A stretch of DNA of 32,000 nucleotides. It comes from Afipia carboxidovorans OM5 (lineage in GTDB: Bacteria > Pseudomonadota > Alphaproteobacteria > Rhizobiales > Xanthobacteraceae). This document shows, in pieces, positions 17,122-26,621 of the stretch (its first letter is position 1; the number at the start of each line of letters is the position of its first letter). A model generated the notes under the pieces. That model worked only from the letters and a program-made list of their open reading frames with translations. It was not told the DNA's origin and did not search any database. Both the position numbers and the translations under genes were made by a program. The stretch covers positions 1,998,829 through 2,030,828 of the forward strand of contig NC_015684.1 in the NCBI RefSeq assembly GCF_000218565.1, given 5' to 3'.

Positions 17122-18099
17122 TTGGGGCGCCCACCTTTTCATGTTCGCAGAACGGTCCCATTGCCAGGTCCAGTCCCGAAGGCTGATAAATGCTTTGCCG
17201 CCATTAAGGCGGCTATCGCGTCCGGCATGTCAGATCGTCAGGCGACACTTACGGTGCCCGGTGCACCCTCCGATGCGGCGTGGTCCCGGTATCTGCAAAA
17301 CCGTCCAGAGCGCGCGGCAGAGATTGCTGCGGTTCGGCACGCCAAGGGCAGGCCAAGTCTCGACCGCATCGCGGCGAACTTCGATGCATTGATTAAGTTG
17401 ATTGCGGAAGGTCACAGTGCAGTCACCGCCGGCAAAGAGTTGGGCATCAATGGCGACCGTCTAACCGAATGGCTTCTCGCGAACCCCAATAAGCGCCCGG
17501 CTTACGTCGCTGCCATGGTGAAGCGCGCCAAGGTGCTTGGTATTCGAAGCACGACGATCAAGGTAAAGCCGAGGCGCAAGGATTTCACCGAGGCTGAGTT
17601 TGACAAGGCAATTGCACTAATTGCACGATCGACCGCCCCAGACCTTGCCACTGCGCTGCGCCGCGCGGATTTGCCGAGGAATGGCTCGCTACAACGACGC
17701 GCGAGGAATGATCCGAAATTTCGAGCACGCCTCGACCGCGCGTATAGTTCGCACAGTGCGAGTACCCATTATCTCCGCTACATTAAAGACCCGACCGAAC
17801 CTCGTATGTTGCTCGCGTCGCTGCTGGCCGATAAGAATTTCGCCGCTGGCTTCAATCGCTTTAAGTCGCAACGATATGATCGCCACGACCTTGCGCAAGA
17901 GTTCGTCTTAGCTGTGCTAGAAGGCCGGCTAACGAAAGCGGACCTGAAGAACAAAAAGGCCAACAACGATATCCGCAAGCGCGCTTTGGGAAACAGCCTT
18001 GCGATCACCTCGCTAGATGCGCCGTCGCACGGTGATGGCGAGTCCAGATATTGCGTAGGCGACACGATCGCCTCTCCCTGCCAAATCCAACACTATTAG
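17122..18099 (+). CDS. Hypothetical protein with multiple HTH-like segments (start uncertain)
   Basis: 325-aa ORF with coding-like composition. Helix-rich segments such as FDALIKLIAEGHSAVTAGKELGINGDRLTEWL. TTG at 17122 has a poorly spaced RBS; ATG at 17227 is an alternative start. Confidence 0.55.
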   Translation: MGRPPFHVRRTVPLPGPVPKADKCFAAIKAAIASGMSDRQATLTVPGAPSDAAWSRYLQNRPERAAEIAAVRHAKGRPSLDRIAANFDALIKLIAEGHSAVTAGKELGINGDRLTEWLLANPNKRPAYVAAMVKRAKVLGIRSTTIKVKPRRKDFTEAEFDKAIALIARSTAPDLATALRRADLPRNGSLQRRARNDPKFRARLDRAYSSHSASTHYLRYIKDPTEPRMLLASLLADKNFAAGFNRFKSQRYDRHDLAQEFVLAVLEGRLTKADLKNKKANNDIRKRALGNSLAITSLDAPSHGDGESRYCVGDTIASPCQIQHY

Positions 18100-18105
18100 G
18101 CCCTG

Positions 18106-18342
18106 ATGACAATTCGCGTGAACGCGCCAGCGGCCTATCGCGGCCGGCTGGTGAAGGTCGCATCCATTAACGGTAGCGACGCCGAGATTGTCTGGATCGG
18201 CCACGACGGAGATATCAATTTGCGATCTGTCCACACTGACGACCTCGTTGATTTTCAAGAGGCAACGTCGTTGCAATCTTCTTGGAGCGCTGCTGGCGCC
18301 ATTGAACACGAGTCGACTATTCGCAGTTGGAGGGCCGCCTAG
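18106..18342 (+). CDS. Hypothetical protein (78 aa)
   Basis: Its stop overlaps the portal start (TAGTG). Confidence 0.5.
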   Translation: MTIRVNAPAAYRGRLVKVASINGSDAEIVWIGHDGDINLRSVHTDDLVDFQEATSLQSSWSAAGAIEHESTIRSWRAA

Positions 18343-19562
18343 TGGGTTGGTTCTCGCGTAAATCGGCTCCGGTGGCGGAGACCAAATCCGAACTGACCGA
18401 TTGCGATTCAACCTCATGGGCAGCGCTCATGGGGTTGTTTTCGTCTTCTGCTAGTGGCGTGACCATTACGGCGGAAACTGCAGCGCACTTTTCCCCGGTG
18501 AATGCTGCCTATTCGCTTATCAGTGAAACCACTCGCATGCTGCCTTGTAAACTTAACAAGGTAGTCGGTGAAGGCAAGCAGCCAGACGACTCGCACCCAG
18601 CCTACGCGCTCGTGCACGACATGGCGAACGATTGGCAATCTGCGGGCCAGGTTCGGCAGCAAATCACGATCGATGCCGTTTTGCACGGTGATGGTTTTGG
18701 TTTCGTTGGCAAGGCCAACGGCAAGCCTACCGAGATACTTCATATTCCCCGACATTCGATGGTTGTTGAGTTCGATAACATCAACAGGCCGTCGTACCGT
18801 ATCGGGACGCAGAACTACACGACCGACGAAATCATTCATCTGCAATCGCCGTCGCTTGACGGAAAACGCGGACTCGGTTTGTTGCAGGCCGGACGCGATG
18901 CAATCGGCTTAGGCATCTTGCTTGAACGTACTGCCGCTCGCCTTTTCAAAAACAATTCCAGGCCCGGTGGTATTCTTTCTTTCAAGGGAACACTAAATGC
19001 AACTGCTGCCGGACGCGTAGCGCAATCGTGGAAATCAGCGCACGGCGGCGACAGTAGCGGTGGCGTTGCGGTTGTCGATAACGAGGCGGAATATACTCCG
19101 ATTGCGTTTACGTCGGTTGAGGCACAACACCAAGAGCAACGCAATTTCGCAATCAATGAGATTGCGCGGCTGACGCGCGTACCGGCAACCATGTTGTCGG
19201 ACTTGTCGCGGGCTACGTGGTCGAACACGGAACAACTCAATCTGCAATTCTTGCAGACTTGCATGCTGCCATGGTTGCGCGGCTGGACGGACGCTTATGC
19301 GCGGACCCTTCTGACGAAGGAAGAACGTTCGCAATATAGCTTTGAATTCATCGTCGATGATTTGCTCCGCGCCGATACCGCGGTGCGCGCTACGGCTTAC
19401 AGCCAATTCCGCAGCATGGGTGTCATGACTGCGAACGACGTTCGCAAACGGGAAAATCTGCCACCGCTCGCTGGCGGTGATGAATTGCAAAACCCGTTTA
19501 CGACATCCGGCAAGCAACCGGCGAACGACAACATTCAACCTCCGAAGGAATCCGCGGCTTGA
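18342..19562 (+). CDS. Phage portal protein, HK97 family
   Basis: Portal-like core (RPGGILSFKG...VAVVDNEAEYTPI...EQRNFAINEIARLTRVP). GTG at 18342 lies 7 nt after GGAGGG. Followed by protease and capsid genes. Confidence 0.9.
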   Translation: MGWFSRKSAPVAETKSELTDCDSTSWAALMGLFSSSASGVTITAETAAHFSPVNAAYSLISETTRMLPCKLNKVVGEGKQPDDSHPAYALVHDMANDWQSAGQVRQQITIDAVLHGDGFGFVGKANGKPTEILHIPRHSMVVEFDNINRPSYRIGTQNYTTDEIIHLQSPSLDGKRGLGLLQAGRDAIGLGILLERTAARLFKNNSRPGGILSFKGTLNATAAGRVAQSWKSAHGGDSSGGVAVVDNEAEYTPIAFTSVEAQHQEQRNFAINEIARLTRVPATMLSDLSRATWSNTEQLNLQFLQTCMLPWLRGWTDAYARTLLTKEERSQYSFEFIVDDLLRADTAVRATAYSQFRSMGVMTANDVRKRENLPPLAGGDELQNPFTTSGKQPANDNIQPPKESAA

Positions 19563-20092
19563 AGAATCTCGAGACTGGCGTCGTCCAGCTAGACGTTAAA
19601 TCTGTTGGCGATGACGGCGTATTCTCCGGCTACGCTTCCTTGTTCGGTATCACCGACCTGGGCCGGGACATTGTTACTCGTGGCGCATTCACCAAGAGCC
19701 TGAAGCAAAAATCTGCTTCGCGGGTGAAGATGCTGAGAGAGCATGACCAAACCGAACCAATTGGAGTCTGGACCGAGATTGTTGAGGACACCAAAGGGCT
19801 GCGCGTTTCCGGCCGGTTGGTACTCGATACCGTCAAGGGGCGTGAAACCCACGCTCTATTGAAGGCGGGTGCGCTCGATGGATTGTCGATCGGATACCGC
19901 ACCAAGTCTGCCCGGTTCGATAAAGCCAAGGGCACTCGAATGCTCGACGAAGTCGAGTTGCACGAAATCAGCGTGGTCACTTTTCCAATGCTGCCTTCAG
20001 CGACGGTTGAGGCCGTCAAATCCAACGGCCCGACAACGTTCCGCGCGCTAGTCGACGCCATCAATTCTGCGCGTACCTCCATCAATAGTTAG
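19559..20092 (+). CDS. HK97-family prohead maturation protease (S78-like)
   Basis: FSGYASLFGITDLGRDIVTRGAF...VKMLREHD...GLSIGY. TTGA overlap with the portal stop. Confidence 0.88.
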   Translation: MKNLETGVVQLDVKSVGDDGVFSGYASLFGITDLGRDIVTRGAFTKSLKQKSASRVKMLREHDQTEPIGVWTEIVEDTKGLRVSGRLVLDTVKGRETHALLKAGALDGLSIGYRTKSARFDKAKGTRMLDEVELHEISVVTFPMLPSATVEAVKSNGPTTFRALVDAINSARTSINS

Positions 20093-20099
20093 GACTACA

Positions 20100-21248
20100 A
20101 TGACCTTTCATTTTCTTGAGACCAAATCTGCGGCTGACGTCGACGAAGGCGATCCGTCCATCGTTGAAGTCAAGTCGGCGCTGACCGCTCTTACGGAAGA
20201 CGTGAAGAAGGCCACCGCACCGGTTGCCGATATTACCAAGCGCCTCGATGAAATCGAGACGAAGATCAATCGTCCCGCCATCCACACTGAGAAAAAGGAC
20301 GAGATCAGCGACGAGCGCAAGGCGTTCACTGGTTATCTTCGCCGCGGCAAGGAAACGCTGCAGCCCGACGAAATCAAGACGCTGCGCGTTGCCGACGATA
20401 CCTCGGGCGGTTATCTGGCGCCTGCCGAATTCAGCGCGGAAGTCGTCAAGGGCATTGTTGAAATGTCCCCGATCCGTCAGGCGGCGCGCGTTGGCTCGAC
20501 GTCGAGCGGCGAGGTTCTGCTGCCAAAGCGTACCGGCCGGCCGACTGGCTCGTGGGTTGGTGAAACCGAAACCCGCACTGGGACCGAGTCCAGCTATGGG
20601 CAGATCGAAGTACCGATCCATGAGATGGCCTGTTACGTTGACGTGTCGCAGCGTCTGCTTGAAGACGCCGCGGTTAACGTGGAGTCGGAAGTTGCGTCGG
20701 ACCTCTCGGAAGAGTTTGGCCGGCTTGAAGGCTCAGGCTTCTCGCAGGGCGACGGCGTAAAGAAACCGGTTGGCATCATGACGGCTGCTGGCGTTGCCTA
20801 TACAGCCACCGGCAATGCTTCGACGCTTGGTTCAGCTCCGGCTGACACCCTGATTGACGCCTTCTATTCGCTGCCGGCTTACTACCGCAATCGCGGTGTC
20901 TGGTTGATGAATTCGAAGACGATCGCAGCGGTTCGCAAGCTCAAGGATGGCTCGACGGGAGCGTATCTCTGGCAGCCCGGCCTCGCGCAGGGAGACCCGG
21001 CGACGATCCTTGGCCGTCCTTTGATTGAGGATCCGACCATGGATGACATCGGCAGTGCAGCCGAGCCCATCTTGTTCGGCTCGGTTTCCGATGCCTACCG
21101 AATCTATGACCGCTTGAACCTCTCGATCATGCGCGACCCGTACAGCCAGGCAACCTCTGGCGTGGTTCGCTTCCATGCCCGTCGTCGTACCGGTGGTGCG
21201 CTGGTGCTTGCCGAGGCGCTCCGCAAGATTAAGTGCGCGACCTCCTAA
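20100..21248 (+). CDS. Phage major capsid protein, HK97 family
   Basis: N-terminal coiled-coil delta-like domain followed by GGYLAPAEFSAEVVKGIVEMSPIRQAARV and an HK97-fold-like C-terminal region. AGGA RBS. Confidence 0.9.
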   Translation: MTFHFLETKSAADVDEGDPSIVEVKSALTALTEDVKKATAPVADITKRLDEIETKINRPAIHTEKKDEISDERKAFTGYLRRGKETLQPDEIKTLRVADDTSGGYLAPAEFSAEVVKGIVEMSPIRQAARVGSTSSGEVLLPKRTGRPTGSWVGETETRTGTESSYGQIEVPIHEMACYVDVSQRLLEDAAVNVESEVASDLSEEFGRLEGSGFSQGDGVKKPVGIMTAAGVAYTATGNASTLGSAPADTLIDAFYSLPAYYRNRGVWLMNSKTIAAVRKLKDGSTGAYLWQPGLAQGDPATILGRPLIEDPTMDDIGSAAEPILFGSVSDAYRIYDRLNLSIMRDPYSQATSGVVRFHARRRTGGALVLAEALRKIKCATS

Positions 21249-21257
21249 GTCATCAAC

Positions 21258-21288
21258 GAGCGGGCTTCGGCCCGCTCACTTCTCTTTC
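21258..21288 (+). terminator. Rho-independent terminator after the capsid gene
   Basis: Perfect 8-bp stem GAGCGGGC-TTCG-GCCCGCTC followed by a T-rich tract (ACTTCTCTTTC). Confidence 0.65.
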
Positions 21289-21305
21289 AATAAGGATAAA
21301 CAGTA

Positions 21306-21692
21306 ATGCGCGATATCGCGAATAACATTGGCGTCGACCAGACGCTTGCTCCCGTTGACTATGCTGCGACCACCAAGGGAACTGCAGTCGATCTGTTCGG
21401 TTTCAACAGCGCGGCGGTTGTCGTCAATACCGGTGCGATTACCAGTGCCGGCCTATACGTGGTGAAGGTTCAGGAGTCGGACACGACCACCGATGGCGAC
21501 TTCACTGACGTTGTGGCCGACGACCTAACCGGCACGCTGCCTACCAGCCTTGCCGCCACGTCCGTCTATAAGGCCGGATATATCGGTAACAAGCGCTATA
21601 TCCGAGCCGTGATCACCAAGACCTCTGGCACCTCGATTGTTGCTGGTGCCCTCGTGGTGAAGGGCAACGCCGCGGACAAGCCGGTAGCGTAA
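21306..21692 (+). CDS. Hypothetical phage head-associated protein (possible decoration/accessory protein)
   Basis: 128-aa Thr/Val/Ala-rich beta-type sequence immediately after the capsid gene. No family recognised. Confidence 0.6.
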   Translation: MRDIANNIGVDQTLAPVDYAATTKGTAVDLFGFNSAAVVVNTGAITSAGLYVVKVQESDTTTDGDFTDVVADDLTGTLPTSLAATSVYKAGYIGNKRYIRAVITKTSGTSIVAGALVVKGNAADKPVA

Positions 21693-21738
21693 CCGTTATG
21701 GCTGCGCGTGACGTGATGTGCTGAACGCGCGCAACCAA

Positions 21739-21766
21739 GGGGGAATCCGCGATGGTGGATTCCCCC
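21739..21766 (+). terminator. GC-rich 10-bp hairpin (terminator-like)
   Basis: GGGGGAATCC-N8-GGATTCCCCC followed by GCCGTTTCT, which is a weak U-tract. Confidence 0.4.
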
Positions 21767-21786
21767 GCCGTTTCTGAGGGGTTCGC

Positions 21787-21918
21787 ATGACTATCCGAAA
21801 GCCGATCGAGATTATCAAGATGCTGCTGGCGTCACGCGGTGCTGACGACAGCTTAGCAGAGCAATTGATAGACGCGCTTGAGTCCTCTGGCTGGTACTTC
21901 TGCCATCGTGCTCGCTAG
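21787..21918 (+). CDS. Possible 43-aa ORF upstream of HNH (hypothetical)
   Basis: ATG 5 nt after GAGGGG. Its stop overlaps the HNH GTG start (TAGTG). Below the ORF-track size cut-off. Confidence 0.35.
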   Translation: MTIRKPIEIIKMLLASRGADDSLAEQLIDALESSGWYFCHRAR

Positions 21919-22286
21919 TGCCTTACGCAGCGCCACGCCTTTGCTCATGTGGTCGCGTGGTGGCAGCCGGCAAGCGGTGCCAATGTGCACAACTGAGGAA
22001 GGCCAATGCTGACAAGCTCAGGCCAACAGCACCACAGCGTGGATACGATGCAGCATGGAGAGAGTTACGTGATGCGTGGTTGGCTGAGCATCCAAGCTGT
22101 GTTGGTTGCGGTGACGATGCAACACTGGTGGATCACATTGAGTCCATTCGTCGCGCTCCGCACCGCAGGCTGGACGTAACCAACCTTCAGAGCATGTGCG
22201 CCGTATGCCATGGCCGCAAGACAGCGCGCTTTGATGGCAGCTTCGGTAGAGCCATTAGCAAGGCCACTGATAAGCCCTCTGATTGA
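21918..22286 (+). CDS. Phage-associated HNH endonuclease
   Basis: Cys-rich zinc-finger segments (CSCGRVV...CQC, CVGCG) and VDHI...NLQSMCAVCHGRKT, the H-N-H core. Confidence 0.85.
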   Translation: MPYAAPRLCSCGRVVAAGKRCQCAQLRKANADKLRPTAPQRGYDAAWRELRDAWLAEHPSCVGCGDDATLVDHIESIRRAPHRRLDVTNLQSMCAVCHGRKTARFDGSFGRAISKATDKPSD

Positions 22287-22457
22287 TGGCAGCGCGTTGC
22301 ATCCACGAAATACTAACGCACCACGCGCCGCGACGTTCGCAGCATCATGCCGCCGGGGCGTGGGTCTCGTTTTGCCATCGACCGGCTAGTACCGACGTCC
22401 CAGCATCGCTCGCGAAAACGTTGAATTGGGCCAGTCCCTAAAATGGACTTTTAAACA

Positions 22458-22757
22458 ATGAGTTACGCAACACTTGAAGAATTCAAAGCCCATGCACGCA
22501 TCGGGTTTGATGACGATGATGACCTTATTGAAGGGTATCTCGACTCCGCAACGGACTTCATTCGTCCGTTCCTTGTCGACGATCCCGAAGGTGATAGTCC
22601 GCCCTCCGAACCATCGCGCGACCTGAAACAGGCGACCTTGCTAATTGCGTCGTCTTGGTATGAGCGCCGGGAAACCTCGATTGACGTAACTCTGCGCGAG
22701 ATTCCGTATGGTGCGCGGGACATCATCAACCAGATTCGCAGTTGGAATTTCGGATGA
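22458..22757 (+). CDS. Head-tail connector protein (gp6-like)
   Basis: LEEFKAHARIGFDDDDDLIEGYLDSATDFI is the typical N-terminus of gp6-like connector proteins. Confidence 0.78.
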   Translation: MSYATLEEFKAHARIGFDDDDDLIEGYLDSATDFIRPFLVDDPEGDSPPSEPSRDLKQATLLIASSWYERRETSIDVTLREIPYGARDIINQIRSWNFG

Positions 22758-23161
22758 GTCATCATACGCGAGGGCGCAAGGCCGAACCACAGCCCATCTC
22801 GGACGCCATCCGCACTGTACCGCAACCGCCTAAAGCAATGTCTACCGACGCCAAGATTGAATGGCGGCGCGTTCTGCCGGTGCTTGTTGAGCGGCGTGTC
22901 TTGTCTCCGGCCGATATGCACGCCGTTGAGCGCTTCTGCGAGGCCGCGTCCGACATCAAGGATGCGCGTGCTGCCATCGCGAAGGATGGCGCCTATGTCG
23001 AAAACCGGCTGGGCGAAATCAAACGTCATCCTGCTTTCGCAACGTTGCGCGAGGCCACCGCGGAGTCCCGCCGTTGGTCCGCTGAATTAGGATTGACGCC
23101 AGCCAGTCGCAGCCGTGCCGGAACGCATGACGATGACGAAGACAATGCGATGGATTTGTAA
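22754..23161 (+). CDS. terS: Terminase small subunit, P27 family
   Basis: KIEWRRVLPVLVERRVLSPADMHAVERFCEA...ELGLTPASRSR is a P27-type TerS signature. ATGA overlap with the upstream gene. Confidence 0.8.
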   Translation: MSHHTRGRKAEPQPISDAIRTVPQPPKAMSTDAKIEWRRVLPVLVERRVLSPADMHAVERFCEAASDIKDARAAIAKDGAYVENRLGEIKRHPAFATLREATAESRRWSAELGLTPASRSRAGTHDDDEDNAMDL

Positions 23162-23496
23162 TGACCACAGCCGGCGACTTACGCGAGAACGTTGAACTGC
23201 TAAAACAGGTTTCCGTCAGTGACGGTGCCGGCGGTTCAACGACGGAATGGGTTGCACAGTTCCAGGCGCGTGCCGCCATCAAGGTTTTGAAGGCTGGCGA
23301 AACCGTCTTGGCTGGCCGCTTGCAGGGCACGCAGACCCTTGTGATTACCGTGCGCTGGCAATCTGCGCTCGCTGAAGTAGAGGGCACATGGCGCTTGCGG
23401 AATGTCCGCACCGATAGCGAGTACAACATTCGCGCCGTTACGCCGGACACGCGCAAGGCATTTGCCGATATCCTATGTGAGACTGACGAGCTTTAA
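23161..23496 (+). CDS. Phage head closure / head-tail adaptor protein (Phage_H_T_join-like)
   Basis: GDLRENVELLKQ...DGAGGSTTEWV...ARAAIKVLKAGE...ITVRW...YNIRAV pattern. TAATG overlaps at both ends. Confidence 0.75.
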   Translation: MTTAGDLRENVELLKQVSVSDGAGGSTTEWVAQFQARAAIKVLKAGETVLAGRLQGTQTLVITVRWQSALAEVEGTWRLRNVRTDSEYNIRAVTPDTRKAFADILCETDEL

Positions 23497-25100
23497 TGCG
23501 TCCCGCCTGGCTCTTTGATGACAGCGAAATAGCAGACCCGCTTGGCTACGGCCAACGTGCGGTGGATTTTCTGCGCGCACTTAAGCATCCGAAGTCGCGG
23601 CTTGCAGGCCGAGCGTTCCAACTCGACCCATGGGTTGAGCGGCTGGTGCGGCGCATTTATGGCCCGCGCGATGCTGATGGCCAACGTCAGGTCCGAACCG
23701 TTTTCGCCATGGTGCCACGCGGCGCGCGCAAAACCTCGATCGGTGCTGCGCTCGTTTGTCTGCATACCTTCGGCGCGGAACGCGTACCGAACGGCCAGAC
23801 CGTATCCGCAGCAGCCGACGCCAAACAGGCTCGCATTGCGTATGACGAAGCGACCGGCATCATTCACGCCGACCCGATCATTGCAAAAAAGCTAAAGCTC
23901 CGGCCCGGCACCTACAAGATTCAACACGTCCGCAAGGGCGCGACATACGAGGCCATCTCCAGCGACGGCGCGACACAACACGGCAGGACGGTAAACTTCC
24001 TGTTGTCGGATGAAATCCATGCGTGGAAGAAACGCGACCTATGGGAGGCGCTGCGAACCTCTCTGGCAAAGACCTCAGAGTCATTGCACGTCATCACGAC
24101 CACGGCGGGCCGCGGCCAAGAGAATCTGGCGTTCGATATTTACGAATACGCCAAACGTGTTGCGTCTGGCGAGATAGAGGATCCGACATTCCTCCCGGTG
24201 TTGTTCGAACCGGATAAGGGCGCGGATTGGAAAGATGAGGCGGTCTGGCACGAAGTCAATCCCGGTCTGGCGCTTGGCTATCCTGACATCAAGGGCTTGC
24301 GTGCGATGGCGCGTGAGGCTGAGAGCCGCCCCTCAGATCAAGACGCCTTCAAACAGTATCATTTGAACTTCTGGCCGGACCACTCGTCGAGTCCGTTTGT
24401 CGACATGGCGACCTATGATGAAGGCGCCGAACCGATCGATCTAACCGCCCTTGAAGGTGGGGAATGCTGGCTGGCGGCGGACTTGTCGAGCAGTACCGAC
24501 TTGACGGTTATCATTGCGGCGTTCCGTGAGGGCGACGGCTACGTTGCCGTGCCGTGGTTTTTTTGTCCGCGCGACAATCTGCGGCAGCGACAGGAATCAA
24601 CCGGCGCACCTTACATCCGTTGGGCTGAGGAAGGCTTGATTACTGCCACACCCGGCAACGTGATCGACTTTCGCACCGTCGAAAACAAGGTTCGCGAACT
24701 CTGCGAAACCTACAGCGTCCAGGAAATCGCTTTCGATCCCGCGATGGCGCGCAACATCATGAACAACCTGCTTGAGGATGGCTACCCAGCGATCGAACAC
24801 CGGCAAGGTAGCCTATCGATGATGCCCGCCATTGCAGAACTTGAGCGGGCGATCGTTGCGAAACGCTTCCGGCATGGAGGCCATCCGGTGTTGAGATTCT
24901 GTTTTGCCAACGTCCAGGCTGAAACCAATCCGGCTGGGCATATCGTTCGCTTCACCAAGCAAAAGAAATGGCTTTCCATCGATGGCGCACAAGCGTCGGC
25001 CATGGCGGTCAACCGGGCGTCGTCTGGCGGCAGCGCTTCGGTGACATCGCTTTACGACGATCCTGAGTGGGAGAAGGCGTTGGAGGGACTTAACTCTTGA
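23496..25100 (+). CDS. terL: Terminase large subunit
   Basis: 534 aa. N-terminal FQLDPWVERLVRRIYG. ATPase region (VPRGARKTS, LLSDEIH) and a C-terminal nuclease-like region, typical of Terminase_1-type TerL. Confidence 0.9.
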   Translation: MRPAWLFDDSEIADPLGYGQRAVDFLRALKHPKSRLAGRAFQLDPWVERLVRRIYGPRDADGQRQVRTVFAMVPRGARKTSIGAALVCLHTFGAERVPNGQTVSAAADAKQARIAYDEATGIIHADPIIAKKLKLRPGTYKIQHVRKGATYEAISSDGATQHGRTVNFLLSDEIHAWKKRDLWEALRTSLAKTSESLHVITTTAGRGQENLAFDIYEYAKRVASGEIEDPTFLPVLFEPDKGADWKDEAVWHEVNPGLALGYPDIKGLRAMAREAESRPSDQDAFKQYHLNFWPDHSSSPFVDMATYDEGAEPIDLTALEGGECWLAADLSSSTDLTVIIAAFREGDGYVAVPWFFCPRDNLRQRQESTGAPYIRWAEEGLITATPGNVIDFRTVENKVRELCETYSVQEIAFDPAMARNIMNNLLEDGYPAIEHRQGSLSMMPAIAELERAIVAKRFRHGGHPVLRFCFANVQAETNPAGHIVRFTKQKKWLSIDGAQASAMAVNRASSGGSASVTSLYDDPEWEKALEGLNS

Positions 25101-25157
25101 TCAGCCTAAATGCCGAGGTTTGACGATAGAGCGTCTGGACGTATGATGCGTTATTGA

Positions 25158-25706
25158 ATGAGGGCGCGCATGCAGATTGAATTGACACAGAAAGAGCAGG
25201 AATGGCTATCTAACCTTGAGCTAGACCAGTCGAAGGTAACGGACCACGACGATTGGAAGCGGAATAGTGAGATCGCCGCTGCATTGACAAAATCACTTCT
25301 GGATAGAAAAGCGGTTCCAGCGCAGAGACTCAAATATTTTCTCGATCCCAACTATAGAACAGGAAGAATGAAAGGGTCGCGGTTCGATATCTTTAAACGT
25401 AACGGTCGTGATTTCGAAGAAACGATACGCCACAACAATTTTTTAAAGCACCTGCGCTACTTCCTGTTCGGCGCGAATCTTCCAGAACCGATCGTCTCTT
25501 CGTTTAGCCAAGCGATCAAAGACTGTGGGGAATATGTCTCTTCCGGCGATGCTTACGACTTATCACGGAAAGCGCGCACGCTGTATCGGCAATCGGGTTT
25601 GGAGCGCGAATTCGCCGCTGACGAATTCTTTAAGCTCTCGATCGATCTCGGTGTCTCAGCATCGGAAGCCATGTCAATACGCAAGGCCGTTATAGACGCT
25701 CGATAG
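25158..25706 (+). CDS. Hypothetical protein (182 aa), AT-rich cargo gene
   Basis: First gene after terL. Visibly lower GC. No family recognised. ATG at 25170 is an alternative start. Confidence 0.55.
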   Translation: MRARMQIELTQKEQEWLSNLELDQSKVTDHDDWKRNSEIAAALTKSLLDRKAVPAQRLKYFLDPNYRTGRMKGSRFDIFKRNGRDFEETIRHNNFLKHLRYFLFGANLPEPIVSSFSQAIKDCGEYVSSGDAYDLSRKARTLYRQSGLEREFAADEFFKLSIDLGVSASEAMSIRKAVIDAR

Positions 25707-25718
25707 TCATTTATCGCC

Positions 25719-26621
25719 TCAAATTGCTGGCCAGTGTTTTGTGCTGAGGTACCGTTCGTGAGCGTCGATCAGTTCGACTACTCGACTTCGGAGGTCATCC
25801 AATAGCGGGGTAAAATGGTCGCTTAATTCGTCTTCACCGATAAACTGAAAGTAAATTTTAAGCGTCTCGTTGATGACTAGCGCCAACGTGGTGACCATCT
25901 GCGGTCTCGGAGTGCGCCAGTTCAGTTTAGGTTCGAAGTTAGCTTCGCCATCCCACTCAACGTGGTTCGCATAGATTTCCTGCCAATTCCCGTGGATGCT
26001 ATGAGAGCCGCCGCCGAATGCTGCCAGATACAATTCTTCGAGATCAACATCCCGCGCTTTGTCAAAAGTGTTTTTCCCGCCCCATGGCCGTTTGTCTTTC
26101 AAGTCGATCTCGTCTAGCGCAATCCGAGCGCTTTTGGCGGCACGCTCGATAGACTGAAGCATTCGGTCTTCGATCGGAAGGACAACTCCGTTGCGTGCGT
26201 GAATGGCTTTGCGGATTTTGTCTCTCAGCTTCCGCTCATGTCGCAGGGAATATGCAACGTAAGAATCAATCAATGACTTGGAAAAATTCTTTATTAGAAA
26301 TCGAATATTGACAGTTGTCTCGAAAACAAGCCTCGCCAGTATCATGCTGGTTTCGTCTCGACGTTGGCAAACCTGATCGAGAAAGGAGTCGAGTAGCTTA
26401 TATTGGCGGACCATGTTGCCACCAACCGCTGCCTTGTCTCGATCCCATGTCGGTTCGGCCCCCATGGTTCCTGCAGCAACGCAACAATAGCTTGCGGTTT
26501 CAACCATCAGGGAGACGGCAAGCGAGGTAAATTCGGATTCAGACTTGAAGGATAGGACAGTTTCCTGGCGCACTTCGACGCGCTCAATTTTGGGGACAGA
26601 GTGTCCGAGCATACAAATCAA
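25719..26621 (-). CDS. Hypothetical 300-aa all-alpha protein, partner of the upstream nuclease-like gene (possibly DUF5677-like; unverified)
   Basis: TTG at 26621 overlaps the upstream stop (TTGA); ATG at 26612 is an alternative start. Helix-rich sequence with the GGGSHSIHGNWQEI motif. AT-rich. Confidence 0.65.
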   Translation of the reverse strand: MICMLGHSVPKIERVEVRQETVLSFKSESEFTSLAVSLMVETASYCCVAAGTMGAEPTWDRDKAAVGGNMVRQYKLLDSFLDQVCQRRDETSMILARLVFETTVNIRFLIKNFSKSLIDSYVAYSLRHERKLRDKIRKAIHARNGVVLPIEDRMLQSIERAAKSARIALDEIDLKDKRPWGGKNTFDKARDVDLEELYLAAFGGGSHSIHGNWQEIYANHVEWDGEANFEPKLNWRTPRPQMVTTLALVINETLKIYFQFIGEDELSDHFTPLLDDLRSRVVELIDAHERYLSTKHWPAI

